Under the pieces are notes generated by a model. That model was not told the DNA's origin, did not search any database, and saw only the letters and a list, made by a program, of their open reading frames with translations. Below, in pieces: positions 8,359 to 17,865 of a DNA stretch of 64,000 nt. The position numbers and the translations under genes are program-made. Origin of the DNA: an uncultured Phycisphaeraceae bacterium (GTDB lineage: Bacteria > Planctomycetota > Phycisphaerae > Phycisphaerales > UBA1924); NCBI GenBank assembly GCA_964435785.1, contig CAYTAH010000002.1, forward strand, positions 11,438 to 75,437, given 5' to 3'. Numbering within the stretch: the stretch's first letter is position 1; each line of letters begins with the position of its first letter.

Positions 8359-10401
8359 ATGCGCTGCGTGCACGGGCTCCGACTTCACCAGACGGAGAAG
8401 GAGAACCCCCATGAAGCCCCGGTACACCCGCCGCGTGCGTGGGCTGGTGGGACGGCGCTCGCCGCAGTGATGACGTGGTCAGCGCCGCCCTGCGCTGCGC
8501 AGGAGTGCGTTTGGCGAGCATCCAACCCGGACGCCTCCTGGGGGCGCGTCATGGCCACCGATGAGGTCCGCCGGGAGACCGTGCTCTATTGGGCTCGCGT
8601 CATGTATCCATTCCCGTGCGAGACATGGACGTGGGATGGTGACCGGTGGACGCTCCGCGGCACGGAGGGTCCTCCGGCCCGTGACCAGGCGGCCATGGTC
8701 TTCGACGCGGCGCGTGGCGAGACGCTGCTCTTCGGCGGGCTGGGCGGTGTCCGGTACGGCGACACGTGGACCTGGGACGGGGCGAGGTGGACGCTCGAGA
8801 CGACCGATGGGCCGTCGCCGCGTCGGGCGCACGCGATGGCGTACGACCCCGCACGCGGTGAGGTGGTGCTGTTCGGAGGGCGCGCGGCCGAGCTCAGTGG
8901 CGAGACATGGATCTGGAATGGTGAGGCGTGGCGCCTTGCATCCACCACCGGGCCCGCTGCGCGGGCGCGTCACGGCATGGCCTATGACCCGATCAGCGGC
9001 GAGGTGCTGCTCTGCTGCGGTGCGAACGACACCCAGTTCTTGAGCGATACCTGGAGCTGGGATGGCGGCGCGTGGACGCTGCGTTCGCCGGGAAACTCAC
9101 TGTTCCGGGCGGCGGGAGCCGCCATGGCGTTGGACGATTCGTCTGGGAGCGTCATCCGCTTCGGGGGGGATGTCCCCGACGACGGCTTGAACAACGGGGT
9201 CACCGATGAGACGTACGCGTGGGATGGAACCGCGTGGCACCGGGTGCATAGCGCCGAGCCTGGCGCAAGGTCCTCTTGCGGGATGGCGCCCGATCCGGTG
9301 CGGCCGGGGCTCATCCTCTTCGGCGGCTACGACGGGCTCGTCAGCCACTACAGCGACATGTGGCGCTGGAGTTCGGGTGATTGGGAGCTGATGGGATTGA
9401 CCTCGCTGGAGATCCCTTACCCGGTCGGTCCTCTCGTGTTTGATTCCGTTCGTGCGCATGCGCTGTTTGTTCCGCAGGGTGAAGCCCGAGATTCGTGGCC
9501 CTGGGTCTGGGACGGATCGCTCTGGCGAGCTTCCGACATGCCGCGCCGGCGGCTCTCGAGCGGGGGCGCCGCGGCGTTCGACGAGGCGCGAGGCCAACTG
9601 GTCCTGCTGTCCGGGGCGTCGACCTGGCTGTGGGATGGCGAGCAGTGGCACGAGCGGGTAGTCCCCGGTCCCGGAGAGCGTCTGCATCACGCGATGGCCT
9701 TCGACCGCGCCGGCGGCCACGTCCTTCTCTTCGGGGGATCGACGGGAGGGAACGCGGCCGGCGACACGTGGCTGTGGGACGGTGACGCGTGGACGCACGC
9801 GGCGGCGCAGGGTCCCTCACCGCGCTGGGGAGCGGCTCTGGCCTTCGATGAGGCCGGAGGGAGGCTCGTTCTCTTCGGCGGCACGGACGGGACAGAACTC
9901 TCCGGCCAGACGTGGGGGTGGACAGGATTCGGCTGGGAGCTCCTCTCGGAGGATGGGCCCTCGCCCCGATTCGCGGGCGCGATGGCGTACGCCCCGCAGG
10001 TCGGCGGCCTGCTCCTGACCGGGGGGACGACCGGCGAGTACGAGCAGCCGCTCGCCGACTCTTGGCTATGGCGTGGCGGAGCGTGGAGCGAGATCTCCCT
10101 GGACGGCCTGTCCGGGCGGGCGCACCACTCCATGCGGCTCGACACGGCGGACGAGGAGCTCATGGCCTTCGGCGGGAAGGATGGGCCCAACCACCTCGCC
10201 GACCTGCGCGTGTTCGTGTTGGATTGTGGCGATGCGTGCCGCGTCGACTGGAACGGAGATTCGAGCGTGGACACGCGCGACGTCGTCGGGTTCCTGCTCG
10301 CCTGGGCGAACGGTGAGCCGGGGGCCGACTGGGATGGTGACGGCACGATCGGCGCCCAAGACGTCATCGCCTTCCTGAGCGACTGGGGCGCCGGCTGCTG
10401 A
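8359..10401 (+). CDS. Kelch/galactose-oxidase-type beta-propeller repeat protein with C-terminal dockerin-like module ending AGC
   Basis: 11 repeats of 'TW.WDG..W' spaced about 50 aa apart. The C-terminus has two 'DW[ND]GD...D' EF-hand-like loops and ends '..FLSDWGAGC'. The start is ambiguous (see finding). Confidence 0.75.
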   Translation: MRCVHGLRLHQTEKENPHEAPVHPPRAWAGGTALAAVMTWSAPPCAAQECVWRASNPDASWGRVMATDEVRRETVLYWARVMYPFPCETWTWDGDRWTLRGTEGPPARDQAAMVFDAARGETLLFGGLGGVRYGDTWTWDGARWTLETTDGPSPRRAHAMAYDPARGEVVLFGGRAAELSGETWIWNGEAWRLASTTGPAARARHGMAYDPISGEVLLCCGANDTQFLSDTWSWDGGAWTLRSPGNSLFRAAGAAMALDDSSGSVIRFGGDVPDDGLNNGVTDETYAWDGTAWHRVHSAEPGARSSCGMAPDPVRPGLILFGGYDGLVSHYSDMWRWSSGDWELMGLTSLEIPYPVGPLVFDSVRAHALFVPQGEARDSWPWVWDGSLWRASDMPRRRLSSGGAAAFDEARGQLVLLSGASTWLWDGEQWHERVVPGPGERLHHAMAFDRAGGHVLLFGGSTGGNAAGDTWLWDGDAWTHAAAQGPSPRWGAALAFDEAGGRLVLFGGTDGTELSGQTWGWTGFGWELLSEDGPSPRFAGAMAYAPQVGGLLLTGGTTGEYEQPLADSWLWRGGAWSEISLDGLSGRAHHSMRLDTADEELMAFGGKDGPNHLADLRVFVLDCGDACRVDWNGDSSVDTRDVVGFLLAWANGEPGADWDGDGTIGAQDVIAFLSDWGAGC

Positions 10402-10408
10402 GGCGTCG

Positions 10409-11086
10409 CTACTTCAGCCGTCCCTTGCTGCGCTGCTGCTTCTTGGGCGTGACGTGGAAGGTGGCCGCGCACTGACCCACGCGGCGCTCCTTCGAGCCGG
10501 GCTTGGTGATCGCCTGCACGATCTCCATGTCGATGGTCGTGTTGAACTCGACGCCCGACGCGGCGAGGGCGTGGATGTCGTCGCGGGGCGTGATGCGGTA
10601 GATCGCCGGGCCGAGGCAGGGGCGGAGGAACTTGTACTCAAGGTGCTTGCAGACGACGGTGAAGTCCCCGCCGCAGATGCCGAAGACGTACGTGCCGCCG
10701 GCGATCTCGGAGTTGCCCAGGAGGGCCGCGCCGGCCATGGCGTTGTACCAGTTGCGGTTGAATCGCCGGAAGGGGAGGATCGCCTGGAAGGTCTTGGCGT
10801 CCAAGCGCTTCATGCGGATGCCGGAGTGGAAGGCGTAGGGCAGCCAGATCAGCGAGCAGACCCGGTGCCAGAAGTTGTTGCGGGTGCTCAGGCGGCTGAC
10901 GAAGGCCTCCATGCGCTCGAAGAGCGTTCGCTTCTGCCGCCTGCCGGGCGTGATGGGGGCGGCCGGGCTGTCCACCGGCTGGCCCGCGGGCTCGGAGCGC
11001 GCCGCGGCACTCTCCACGGGGGGCGGTGGAGCAGAGGCCGCCGGGGTCTGCGGCCGCCCGGGGATGCTCGTGTGCGTGGGGCTCAA
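10409..11086 (-). CDS. hotdog-fold thioesterase-like protein (DUF4442/PaaI-like), Pro-rich N-terminal extension
   Basis: 'FNRNWYNAMAGAALLGNSEIAGG' resembles the PaaI-like active-site helix region. An alternative start exists at ATG 10912. Confidence 0.45.
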   Translation of the reverse strand: MSPTHTSIPGRPQTPAASAPPPPVESAAARSEPAGQPVDSPAAPITPGRRQKRTLFERMEAFVSRLSTRNNFWHRVCSLIWLPYAFHSGIRMKRLDAKTFQAILPFRRFNRNWYNAMAGAALLGNSEIAGGTYVFGICGGDFTVVCKHLEYKFLRPCLGPAIYRITPRDDIHALAASGVEFNTTIDMEIVQAITKPGSKERRVGQCAATFHVTPKKQQRSKGRLK

Positions 11087-11143
11087 GGGGCTTGCCTCGG
11101 TCCATGATATGCCCCCGCCCCGACCCTGCCGGGCGTGGGCGGA

Positions 11144-12133
11144 TCAGAAGGCCGGCAGGGGCGCGGGCGCGAGGCTGTACCAGCCCTTCTCGTTGCGGCT
11201 GACCGTCACCAGCGGCGTGGCGGGATCGTGATCGAGGGCGAGGGTCCAGCCAAGACTCACGGCCGCGTCGAGGTACCAGCGCCGGCTCACCATGCTGGTG
11301 TAGGGCTCGACGTCGTAGGCGAGGCTGTAGGCGGCCCCGAGGTGCCAGGTGGTGGGCATGACATCGGGCGTGAAGACGATGGTCCGGCCCTGCACGTCGG
11401 TGAATCCAACGGCCTGCTGCCCCCAGGTGTGGCCGGGGGTGAGCAGGACCCAGATCCCCGGCTCGGTCTCGGTCCGGCGCATCTGGGCGGGGACCCGCGG
11501 GAGCTCGTCGCGCTGGGGGACGTAGCCGGGAGGGAATGCCCGGGGCGAATCGACGAGCGAGAGCTTCGGCTCGATGGGGAGCAGGTGATCGCGGTAGTAC
11601 GTCCGCGTCATGACCGAGCTGTTGGCGAGGGCGTCGCGCCACTCACGGGCCTGGGCCCAGATGCGGGCGTTGGGGAACGTGAGCTTGACCTCCCGGGCAT
11701 CACCGGAGGCCTCCCCCGGTCCGGCGACCCAGTCGGGAGTCTCACCGGCGCGGGAGCGGCGGGTCAGCCCGCCGGCGTGATCGAAGTGGAGGTGCGTGAC
11801 GATCACGGCGTCGATCTGCGCGGGGTCGAGCCCGGCCTCGGTCACGGCCGTCTCGACCGTTCGGTCCTCGAGGCCGAAGATGTCGCGCATTTTGGGGTCG
11901 AGCTTGTCGCCGGTGCCGGTCTCGATCACGATGCGCCGGGCGCGTCCGAGCTGGGGATCGGGCTTCTCGCTCTCGAGGAGCAGGCAGTTGTGGGCGAGGG
12001 CGATGCGGTTGCGATCGTCCGGCTGGACGTCGCGCGTCCAGACCACGCGGGGGATGATGCCGAACATGGAGCCGCCGTCGAGCAGCAGCCGCCCGGCGCT
12101 CAGATGCCTCCAGTGATAGCGGACGTCCTTCAT
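11144..12133 (-). CDS. MBL-fold metallo-hydrolase
   Basis: HxHxDH motif 'VTHLHFDHAGG'. Later His/Asp ligands, including 'TPGHTWG'. Confidence 0.85.
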   Translation of the reverse strand: MKDVRYHWRHLSAGRLLLDGGSMFGIIPRVVWTRDVQPDDRNRIALAHNCLLLESEKPDPQLGRARRIVIETGTGDKLDPKMRDIFGLEDRTVETAVTEAGLDPAQIDAVIVTHLHFDHAGGLTRRSRAGETPDWVAGPGEASGDAREVKLTFPNARIWAQAREWRDALANSSVMTRTYYRDHLLPIEPKLSLVDSPRAFPPGYVPQRDELPRVPAQMRRTETEPGIWVLLTPGHTWGQQAVGFTDVQGRTIVFTPDVMPTTWHLGAAYSLAYDVEPYTSMVSRRWYLDAAVSLGWTLALDHDPATPLVTVSRNEKGWYSLAPAPLPAF

Positions 12134-12158
12134 GCCGCGATGGTATCGCCGGGGCCGC

Positions 12159-13790
12159 CTACGGGCGCGGCGCCGAGGGCGATCCGAGGCGCGGCCCCTG
12201 GGCGGGCGTCGGGCCGGTCACGCGGAAGAAGTCGAAGGCGGCCTCGGCGCTGCGCGAGCCACCCGGGCAGGCGGCGCCGATGCCGATCTTCACCTCGGTG
12301 AAATCGGCGAACTGGGGCGGGCCGATCGTGTACCACTCGCGCCCGTCGTAGCTGACCGAGCCCGTGTACGTGCGCCCGCGCCGGCTGATCCGCATCCAGA
12401 CGGCGTCGCCGATCGTGTTGGGCACCATCGAGCTCGCCGGCTCGCCGCCGAGCTCGCGCACGAGCTGCCATCGCCGGCCATCGTCGAACACGTTCCCGAG
12501 GCGGATGTAGTTGGCGTGGTCCTGCCAGACGATGATGAACGCCTGCTCGTTGGGGCGCTGCGCCTTGAAGTCGGTCCAGGTGACGGCGTCGAAGTCTCCT
12601 TGGGGCGCGTGCTGGAGGAAGAGGTTCGTCAGGTCGAAGCGGGGGCCCCACACGTCGCCGTCGCGCGTGCTCAGGATGAGGCGGCCCCGATCGAGCCGCC
12701 AGAGCGACGGGTCTTCGTTGACGACGATCCAGCGGGAGCGGTCGGGTTGGCGTGCGTCGAACTCGTCGCTCGATCCGACGAGCGCGCCCCTGGCGCCGGA
12801 GGGGAGGGGCTGGGGCAGGTGCGTGGGGCCGTCGACTTCCAGGCGCAGGCCGGTCTGCGCATCGGGCACGGCGCGGAAGCGATCGATCGCGAGCTGTCGC
12901 GGCGCGCCGCCGGCGAGCGACTGGTGCGAGTGGTAGACGATGAAGCGCTCGCGACCGTCGGGCGATTCGACCAGCGCGCAGTGACCCGGCCCTGAGACGT
13001 GCGGCGTGCGCGCCACGATCGGGACCGGCTGGCCCCTTGTCCACGGGCCCGTGGGCGAGGGCGCCGTCGCGTAGCCGATCGAGTAGCCCGGGCTCGAGTA
13101 CACGGTGCCGGAGTAGAGGAGCACGTAGGTCGGGCCGTGCTTGAAGACGTGGGGGGCTTCGGTCCAGCTGCCCTCCCACCCCAGTTGCGGCCCGATGCAC
13201 ATCGTGGGCTCGCTCGTCACACCGGCCAGGAATGGCCCGAGACGTACGACCCAGATCTCGCTGACGGGGTTCTGCGAGATGTCCTTGGAGTAGAAGAGGT
13301 AGGCGCGCCCGTCGGTGTCGCGGAAGACGTCGGCGTCGATCACGGCGTAGCCGGGGTCCCAGAGCGGGGCGCGGATATCGGTGAAGGGGCCGAGCGGCGA
13401 GGAGGCCTGGGCGACGCAGATGCGGTGCCCCTCGGCGTCGTTGTTGACCGCGTTGTAGTAGAGCAGGTAGCGGTCGCCGTCGCGGATGACGCAGGGGGCC
13501 CAGAAGCGGGCCTGCGCCCAGGTCTGGTCCGTTTTCTCGTAGCAGAACCCTCGGGCCTGCCAGTTGACGAGGTCCTGCGAGGACCAGACGCGGAAGCCGC
13601 GGTTGACGTTGGTTGTGCCGTAGAGGTAGTACGTGCCACCGTCGAGCAGGACGTGTGGGTCCGCGATGGCGACGTCGAGTGGGTTTGCGAACGAGTCGAC
13701 ACGAGCCTGCGGCCCGAGCTGCGCGGAGGCGAGGGCGGCCGGCCACGACAACACGGACAGCAGGCACACGAACTGCAGGCTCGTCTTCAT
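12159..13790 (-). CDS. glycoside hydrolase family 43 with C-terminal ConA-like/LamG domain
   Basis: Signal peptide 'MKTSLQFVCLLSVLSWPAALASA'. 'ADPHVLLDGGTYYLYGT', 'FWAPCV' and 'WTEAPHVFKH' are GH43 blades. An AGGAG RBS precedes the ATG at 13790. Confidence 0.85.
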   Translation of the reverse strand: MKTSLQFVCLLSVLSWPAALASAQLGPQARVDSFANPLDVAIADPHVLLDGGTYYLYGTTNVNRGFRVWSSQDLVNWQARGFCYEKTDQTWAQARFWAPCVIRDGDRYLLYYNAVNNDAEGHRICVAQASSPLGPFTDIRAPLWDPGYAVIDADVFRDTDGRAYLFYSKDISQNPVSEIWVVRLGPFLAGVTSEPTMCIGPQLGWEGSWTEAPHVFKHGPTYVLLYSGTVYSSPGYSIGYATAPSPTGPWTRGQPVPIVARTPHVSGPGHCALVESPDGRERFIVYHSHQSLAGGAPRQLAIDRFRAVPDAQTGLRLEVDGPTHLPQPLPSGARGALVGSSDEFDARQPDRSRWIVVNEDPSLWRLDRGRLILSTRDGDVWGPRFDLTNLFLQHAPQGDFDAVTWTDFKAQRPNEQAFIIVWQDHANYIRLGNVFDDGRRWQLVRELGGEPASSMVPNTIGDAVWMRISRRGRTYTGSVSYDGREWYTIGPPQFADFTEVKIGIGAACPGGSRSAEAAFDFFRVTGPTPAQGPRLGSPSAPRP

Positions 13791-13841
13791 TGCGGCATCT
13801 CCTGGCGGAGTGTACGATCGGACTTCGGAACGGAGGGAGCG

Positions 13842-14696
13842 ATGGCCGGGATCGACTGGGTCGGCGTGGGGCGTCTGAATGAGCTGCGTCACTGCACGCT
13901 CTTGCGCGGGCTCGGGGCGGAGGTCGTCGAGCTCGGCGACGGGGTGATGGCCTATTCGCCCGGGGTGCGATGGGTGAACCAGGCGTCGGGCCTGGGGCTG
14001 AGCTGCTTCGGTGAGACGCCGCCTCTCGGCAGGGCGACCGAGGATGAAGCGGGGCGGTACGTGCCCGTGGTCGACCGCGCGGTCGAGTTCTATCGCGAGC
14101 GCGGCGTCACGCCCCGGGTCGAGACCTGCTCGCTCGCGCCCGAGTCCCTGCTGGGCGCCCTGGCCGCGCGGGGATTCACGACGCTCCATTATGAGAACGT
14201 GCTGGCGGCGGAGCTCACCGACGGGGGCGAGGAGCGCAGGCTGCCGCCGAGCATCCGGATCGTCCAGGTCGACAAGACCGACGAGGCGATGGTGCGCACG
14301 CAGGCGGAGGTGATGACCCGCCTGTTCGCGACGCCCGCCGAGCCGGCGACGGAGGAGATGGTGCTGATGGCCGCGAAGGCGATCCGCGAGCCGTGCTCGA
14401 TCGGCCTGCTGGCGATGGAGGGGGATCGGCCGGTGGGCGCGTGCGGGATGGAGACGCGCGAGGTCGACGGCGTGCGCCTGGCGGCGCTCTGGGGGGCCGT
14501 CGTGGAGCCGGACCGCCGCCGCCAGGGCATCCAGCTTGCGATGCTCGCGCACCGGATGCGGGTGGCGCGCGAGCTGGGGTGCGCGCTGGCGATCATCGAG
14601 AGCAAGCCGGGCGTGGCCACCGAGCGGAACGCGGCGAGGGTGGGGTTCGCTCTCGCGTACGTGCGAACGGTGATGGAGCAGCGCGGCGCCGGCTGA
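13842..14696 (+). CDS. GNAT family N-acetyltransferase
   Basis: The C-terminal 'VEPDRRRQGIQLAMLAHRMRVARELG' is an acetyl-CoA binding Q/RxxGxG/A-type motif. A GGAGGGA RBS lies 4 nt upstream of the ATG. Confidence 0.7.
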   Translation: MAGIDWVGVGRLNELRHCTLLRGLGAEVVELGDGVMAYSPGVRWVNQASGLGLSCFGETPPLGRATEDEAGRYVPVVDRAVEFYRERGVTPRVETCSLAPESLLGALAARGFTTLHYENVLAAELTDGGEERRLPPSIRIVQVDKTDEAMVRTQAEVMTRLFATPAEPATEEMVLMAAKAIREPCSIGLLAMEGDRPVGACGMETREVDGVRLAALWGAVVEPDRRRQGIQLAMLAHRMRVARELGCALAIIESKPGVATERNAARVGFALAYVRTVMEQRGAG

Positions 14697-14751
14697 CCGG
14701 CTCGGGGGGCGCGAGCCGGCGAGCGGCCGGGGCGAAGGGGCGCCGGAGCGG

Positions 14752-15219
14752 TCAGTACGGCCGACCCCCGGCGCGGAGCCACTCCCGGAACAGCAGGGCG
14801 CACTCGGTGCGCATCACGTCGGCGTGGACACGCACGCGGCTGCCGCCGCGCGAGTACATCTCCTCGATCGGGATCGCCAGCTCGCGGAAGCCCGCGCCCG
14901 CGGCGTCGGCGATGCGCGCGCCGAAGTGGACCGCGTCCAGGTTCGCCCAGTGGATGGCGGCGGCGCACATGGGGCAGGGCTCGCAGGTGGTGTACATCTC
15001 GCACCCGGAGAGGTCGATGGTGCGCAGAGCGGCGCCGGCCGTGCGGATGCAGACAATCTCGGCATGGGCAGAGGGGTCGGACTGTTCCCACACAAGGTTG
15101 TGACCGCGCGCGATCACATCTCGACCGCGGACAATCACCGCTCCGAAGGGCGACTGACCCGCCCAGATGCCACTGCGGGCCTGCTCGATCGCGAGCACCA
15201 TGAACGCGTCGATTCCCAC
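14752..15219 (-). CDS. CMP/dCMP-type zinc deaminase (nucleoside/guanine/tRNA-adenosine deaminase family)
   Basis: Zinc ligands 'HAE' and 'PCPMC'. 155 aa. Starts 6 nt after the E2 stop. Confidence 0.85.
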   Translation of the reverse strand: MGIDAFMVLAIEQARSGIWAGQSPFGAVIVRGRDVIARGHNLVWEQSDPSAHAEIVCIRTAGAALRTIDLSGCEMYTTCEPCPMCAAAIHWANLDAVHFGARIADAAGAGFRELAIPIEEMYSRGGSRVRVHADVMRTECALLFREWLRAGGRPY

Positions 15220-15225
15220 GGCGTG

Positions 15226-16632
15226 CTAGCCCCTCGCCGGCCCCAGCAACTGCTCCGGCTCCTGCAGCAGCTCGACGATCCGCGCCAAACACAGCGCGCC
15301 CGTCGCCCCGTCCACGACGCGGTGGTCGCACGCGAGGCTGAGGGGGAGGAGCTTGCCGACGCGGAACCAGCCCCCCTTGCCGACGACCATCCCCTCGCGC
15401 ACGCGCCCGGCGGCGAGGATGCCCACCTCCGGGTAGTTGATCACGGGCGTGGCGAAGCGTCCGGCGTAGCTGCCCACGTTGCTGATCGTGAATGTCGAGC
15501 CCATGAGCTGCTCGCGGGGGATGCTGCGATCACGTGCGGCCGCGGCGATGGCCGCGATGTGCCGCCCGATTTCGAGGACGCCGAGGCGGTCGGCGTCGCG
15601 GATCACCGGCACCATCAGCCCGCTCTCGGTGTCGGTCGCGATGCCGAGGTGCACCGCGCGGTGCTGGGTGATCTCCTCCGCCGCGTCGTCCACGGTGGCG
15701 TTGAGCACGCCGAACTGCTCGGTGAGCGCGCGGCACACGGCCGCGCAGACGAACGGGAGGAAGCTCACCTTCTCGCCGCTCGCGGCGCCGAGGCGCTTGC
15801 GGAGCGAGTCCAGCTCGGAGACGTCGACCTCGTCCATCACCGTGAAGTGCACGGCGGTGTCGACGCTCTGGCGGAGCCGGCCGGCGATCGTGCGGCGCAC
15901 GCCGCGGAAGGGCACCTTGGCCGTGTCCGCGCCCTGCGCCAGCGCGACCTGCTGGTTGGGCGTGGGCACGCCGGTGCCAGGGGCCCGCGCCGGGGCGGGG
16001 AAGTCGAACGTCGGGGCCTCCCGGGTCGCGCGCGGGGCCGGGACGGCCTCGCGCGGGCGTGGCCGGGCCTGCGGGGCCCCGCGGGTCGGAGCCGGGCCGC
16101 CCTGGAGGGCGGCCCGCACGTCCTTCTCGGTCACGCGTCCGCCGATGCCGCTCCCGCGGACCGTGTTGATGTCGACGCCCAGGTCGCGGGCGAGCCGCCG
16201 CACGGCGGGCGTGGCGAGCGCCTTGCCGTCGGCCGCGCTGATGCCCTCGAGCGCGCCGCCGACCTGGCCGACCACGGTGCCGGCGTCCTCGCGCTGCGGC
16301 TCGGCCTCGATGGCCTTGGCGGCCTCCGCGGAGCCCCTGGCGCGAGGCTGCGAGGCGGTGGCCGGCTCCTCGGCGTCGCCCTCGTACTCGACGAGCACGT
16401 CGCCCACCTTGAGGATCTGCCCCTCCTCGCCGTGGAGCGCCTTGATCACGCCGGCGCGGGGGCTGGGCACCTCGACGAGCGCCTTGTCGGTCTCCATCTC
16501 GGCGAGGATGTCATGCTCGGCGACCGCGTCGCCGACGGCGACGCGCCACTTGATCAGCTCCGCCTCGTGCACGCCCTCGCCGAGGTCGGGCAGGATGAAC
16601 TCATTGGGATTGGTTGACTTTGCGTGCGCCAT
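15226..16632 (-). CDS. 2-oxoacid dehydrogenase E2 (dihydrolipoamide acyltransferase), branched-chain type by context
   Basis: Lipoyl site 'EMETDKALVEVPSP'. E3-binding 'ATPAVRRLARDLGVDI'. Catalytic 'LACDHRVVDGA'. Confidence 0.92.
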   Translation of the reverse strand: MAHAKSTNPNEFILPDLGEGVHEAELIKWRVAVGDAVAEHDILAEMETDKALVEVPSPRAGVIKALHGEEGQILKVGDVLVEYEGDAEEPATASQPRARGSAEAAKAIEAEPQREDAGTVVGQVGGALEGISAADGKALATPAVRRLARDLGVDINTVRGSGIGGRVTEKDVRAALQGGPAPTRGAPQARPRPREAVPAPRATREAPTFDFPAPARAPGTGVPTPNQQVALAQGADTAKVPFRGVRRTIAGRLRQSVDTAVHFTVMDEVDVSELDSLRKRLGAASGEKVSFLPFVCAAVCRALTEQFGVLNATVDDAAEEITQHRAVHLGIATDTESGLMVPVIRDADRLGVLEIGRHIAAIAAAARDRSIPREQLMGSTFTISNVGSYAGRFATPVINYPEVGILAAGRVREGMVVGKGGWFRVGKLLPLSLACDHRVVDGATGALCLARIVELLQEPEQLLGPARG

Positions 16633-16639
16633 GGTCGGT

Positions 16640-16822
16640 TCAGTCCTTGTCCATCTTCATCTTGACGAGCAGCGCGAGAACGCCGACGAGCAGGAGCCCG
16701 CCGACGATCCAGACGAGCGCCAGCTTCTCGGGGTTGTCCGCCCACTCGGCGATCTCGGCTCCGGTCCGGCTCGGGAGCGTGCCCGTGGACGATTGCGCGA
16801 GCGTCGGCGGGATCGCGATCAT
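16640..16822 (-). CDS. 60-aa single-pass membrane protein inside the BCKDH operon
   Basis: A GGAGGAGGAGG RBS lies just upstream of the ATG at 16822. High GC3. One TM helix, 'LALVWIVGGLLLVGVLALLV'. The stop is 7 nt before the E2 ATG. Confidence 0.55.
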   Translation of the reverse strand: MIAIPPTLAQSSTGTLPSRTGAEIAEWADNPEKLALVWIVGGLLLVGVLALLVKMKMDKD

Positions 16823-16874
16823 GGGCCTCCTCCTCCCGCGTGCGGGGCGACGCTCCCCGCGCCCCCGGCTCGAA

Positions 16875-17849
16875 TCAGTACGCGAGACATTCCTCGATCG
16901 ACTTCTGGATCCGCGGCGCCTCCGGGAGGTAGTCGAGCTCCAGCTTGTAGTAGGGCATGATCGTGTCGAAGCCCGCGCACCGCTGCACCGGCGCCTCGAG
17001 GTGCAGGAAGCAGTGCTCCTGGATGAGGGCGCTGATCTCCGCGCCCATGCCCGCGGTCTTGGGCGCCTCGTGCACGACGACGCAGCGGCCCGTATTCCGC
17101 ACGCTCTCGACGACAGCGTCGATGTCGATCGGGTAGATCGTGCGGAGGTCGATCAGCTCGACGCTCACGTCCTCGGGCAGCTTGTCCATCGCGGCCAAGC
17201 ACTGGAAGACCGGCGCGCCCCACGTCACGACGGTGATGTCCGACCCCTCGCTCACGACCTTCGCCTGCCCCAGGGGAATGGTGTAGTCCTCGTCGGGCAC
17301 CTCCTCGCGGAAGCTGCGGTAGACGCGCTTGGGCTCGAAGTAGACGACGGGGTCGGGGTCGCGGATCGCCGAGAGGAGCAGCCCCTTGGCGTCGTAGGGG
17401 GTGCTCGGCATGACCACCTTGATCCCGGGCGAGTGGGCGTAGATGGCCTCGGGCGAGTCGGAGTGCAGCTCCGGGGCGTGGATGCCGCCGCCGACCGGCA
17501 CGCGGACGGTCATGGGGATGGTGATCGCCCCGCGCGTGCGCGTTCGCATGCGCCCCGCGTGGTTGACGAGCTGGTCGTAGGCCGGGCCGAGGAAGCCCTC
17601 GAACTGGATCTCGGGGATGGGGCGCATCCCCGCGATCGCCAGCCCGATGGCGCTGCCCATGATCCCCGACTCGTCGAGCGGCGTGTCCACCACGCGGTCG
17701 GCGCCGAACCGCGCCTGCAGCCCCTCGGTGACGCGGAAGACGCCGCCGTTGAGCCCGACGTCCTCGCCGAGGAGGATGACGCGGTCGTCGCGCTCCATCT
17801 CCTGGGCCAGCGCCGAGTTGATCGCCTGCACGAGCGTGAGCTGAGCCAT
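16875..17849 (-). CDS. 2-oxoacid dehydrogenase E1 beta subunit
   Basis: 'LLGEDVG..GGVF..T.GL' and the transketolase-like pyrimidine-binding and C-terminal domains. 324 aa. Confidence 0.93.
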   Translation of the reverse strand: MAQLTLVQAINSALAQEMERDDRVILLGEDVGLNGGVFRVTEGLQARFGADRVVDTPLDESGIMGSAIGLAIAGMRPIPEIQFEGFLGPAYDQLVNHAGRMRTRTRGAITIPMTVRVPVGGGIHAPELHSDSPEAIYAHSPGIKVVMPSTPYDAKGLLLSAIRDPDPVVYFEPKRVYRSFREEVPDEDYTIPLGQAKVVSEGSDITVVTWGAPVFQCLAAMDKLPEDVSVELIDLRTIYPIDIDAVVESVRNTGRCVVVHEAPKTAGMGAEISALIQEHCFLHLEAPVQRCAGFDTIMPYYKLELDYLPEAPRIQKSIEECLAY

Positions 17850-17865
17850 GCTGCCGAGAACCTCC

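Noticed and set aside
8198-8470. 90-aa ORF upstream of and overlapping the Kelch gene, considered as a stand-alone small gene.
   Set aside because: Only its last 20 codons (from ATG 8411, with a strong RBS) look meaningful, and they are best explained as the displaced true start of the Kelch gene.
12999-13841. N-terminal 281 codons of ORF 12999..14696, and likewise the N-terminal parts of ORFs 12159..14552, 1238..3127, 3645..4877, 28944..30134, 41031..42869, 47844..49634, 49357..50949 and 53453..54562.
   Set aside because: The recognisable domain begins at an internal start with an RBS, and the upstream part overlaps a better-supported gene on the other strand or in another frame. I trimmed the gene models accordingly.
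14697-14751. Short hairpin CCGGCTCG-7 nt-CGAGCCGG between the convergent GNAT and deaminase genes, considered as a terminator.
   Set aside because: The stem is only 8 bp and no T-tract follows on either strand, so it is too weak to list as a feature.
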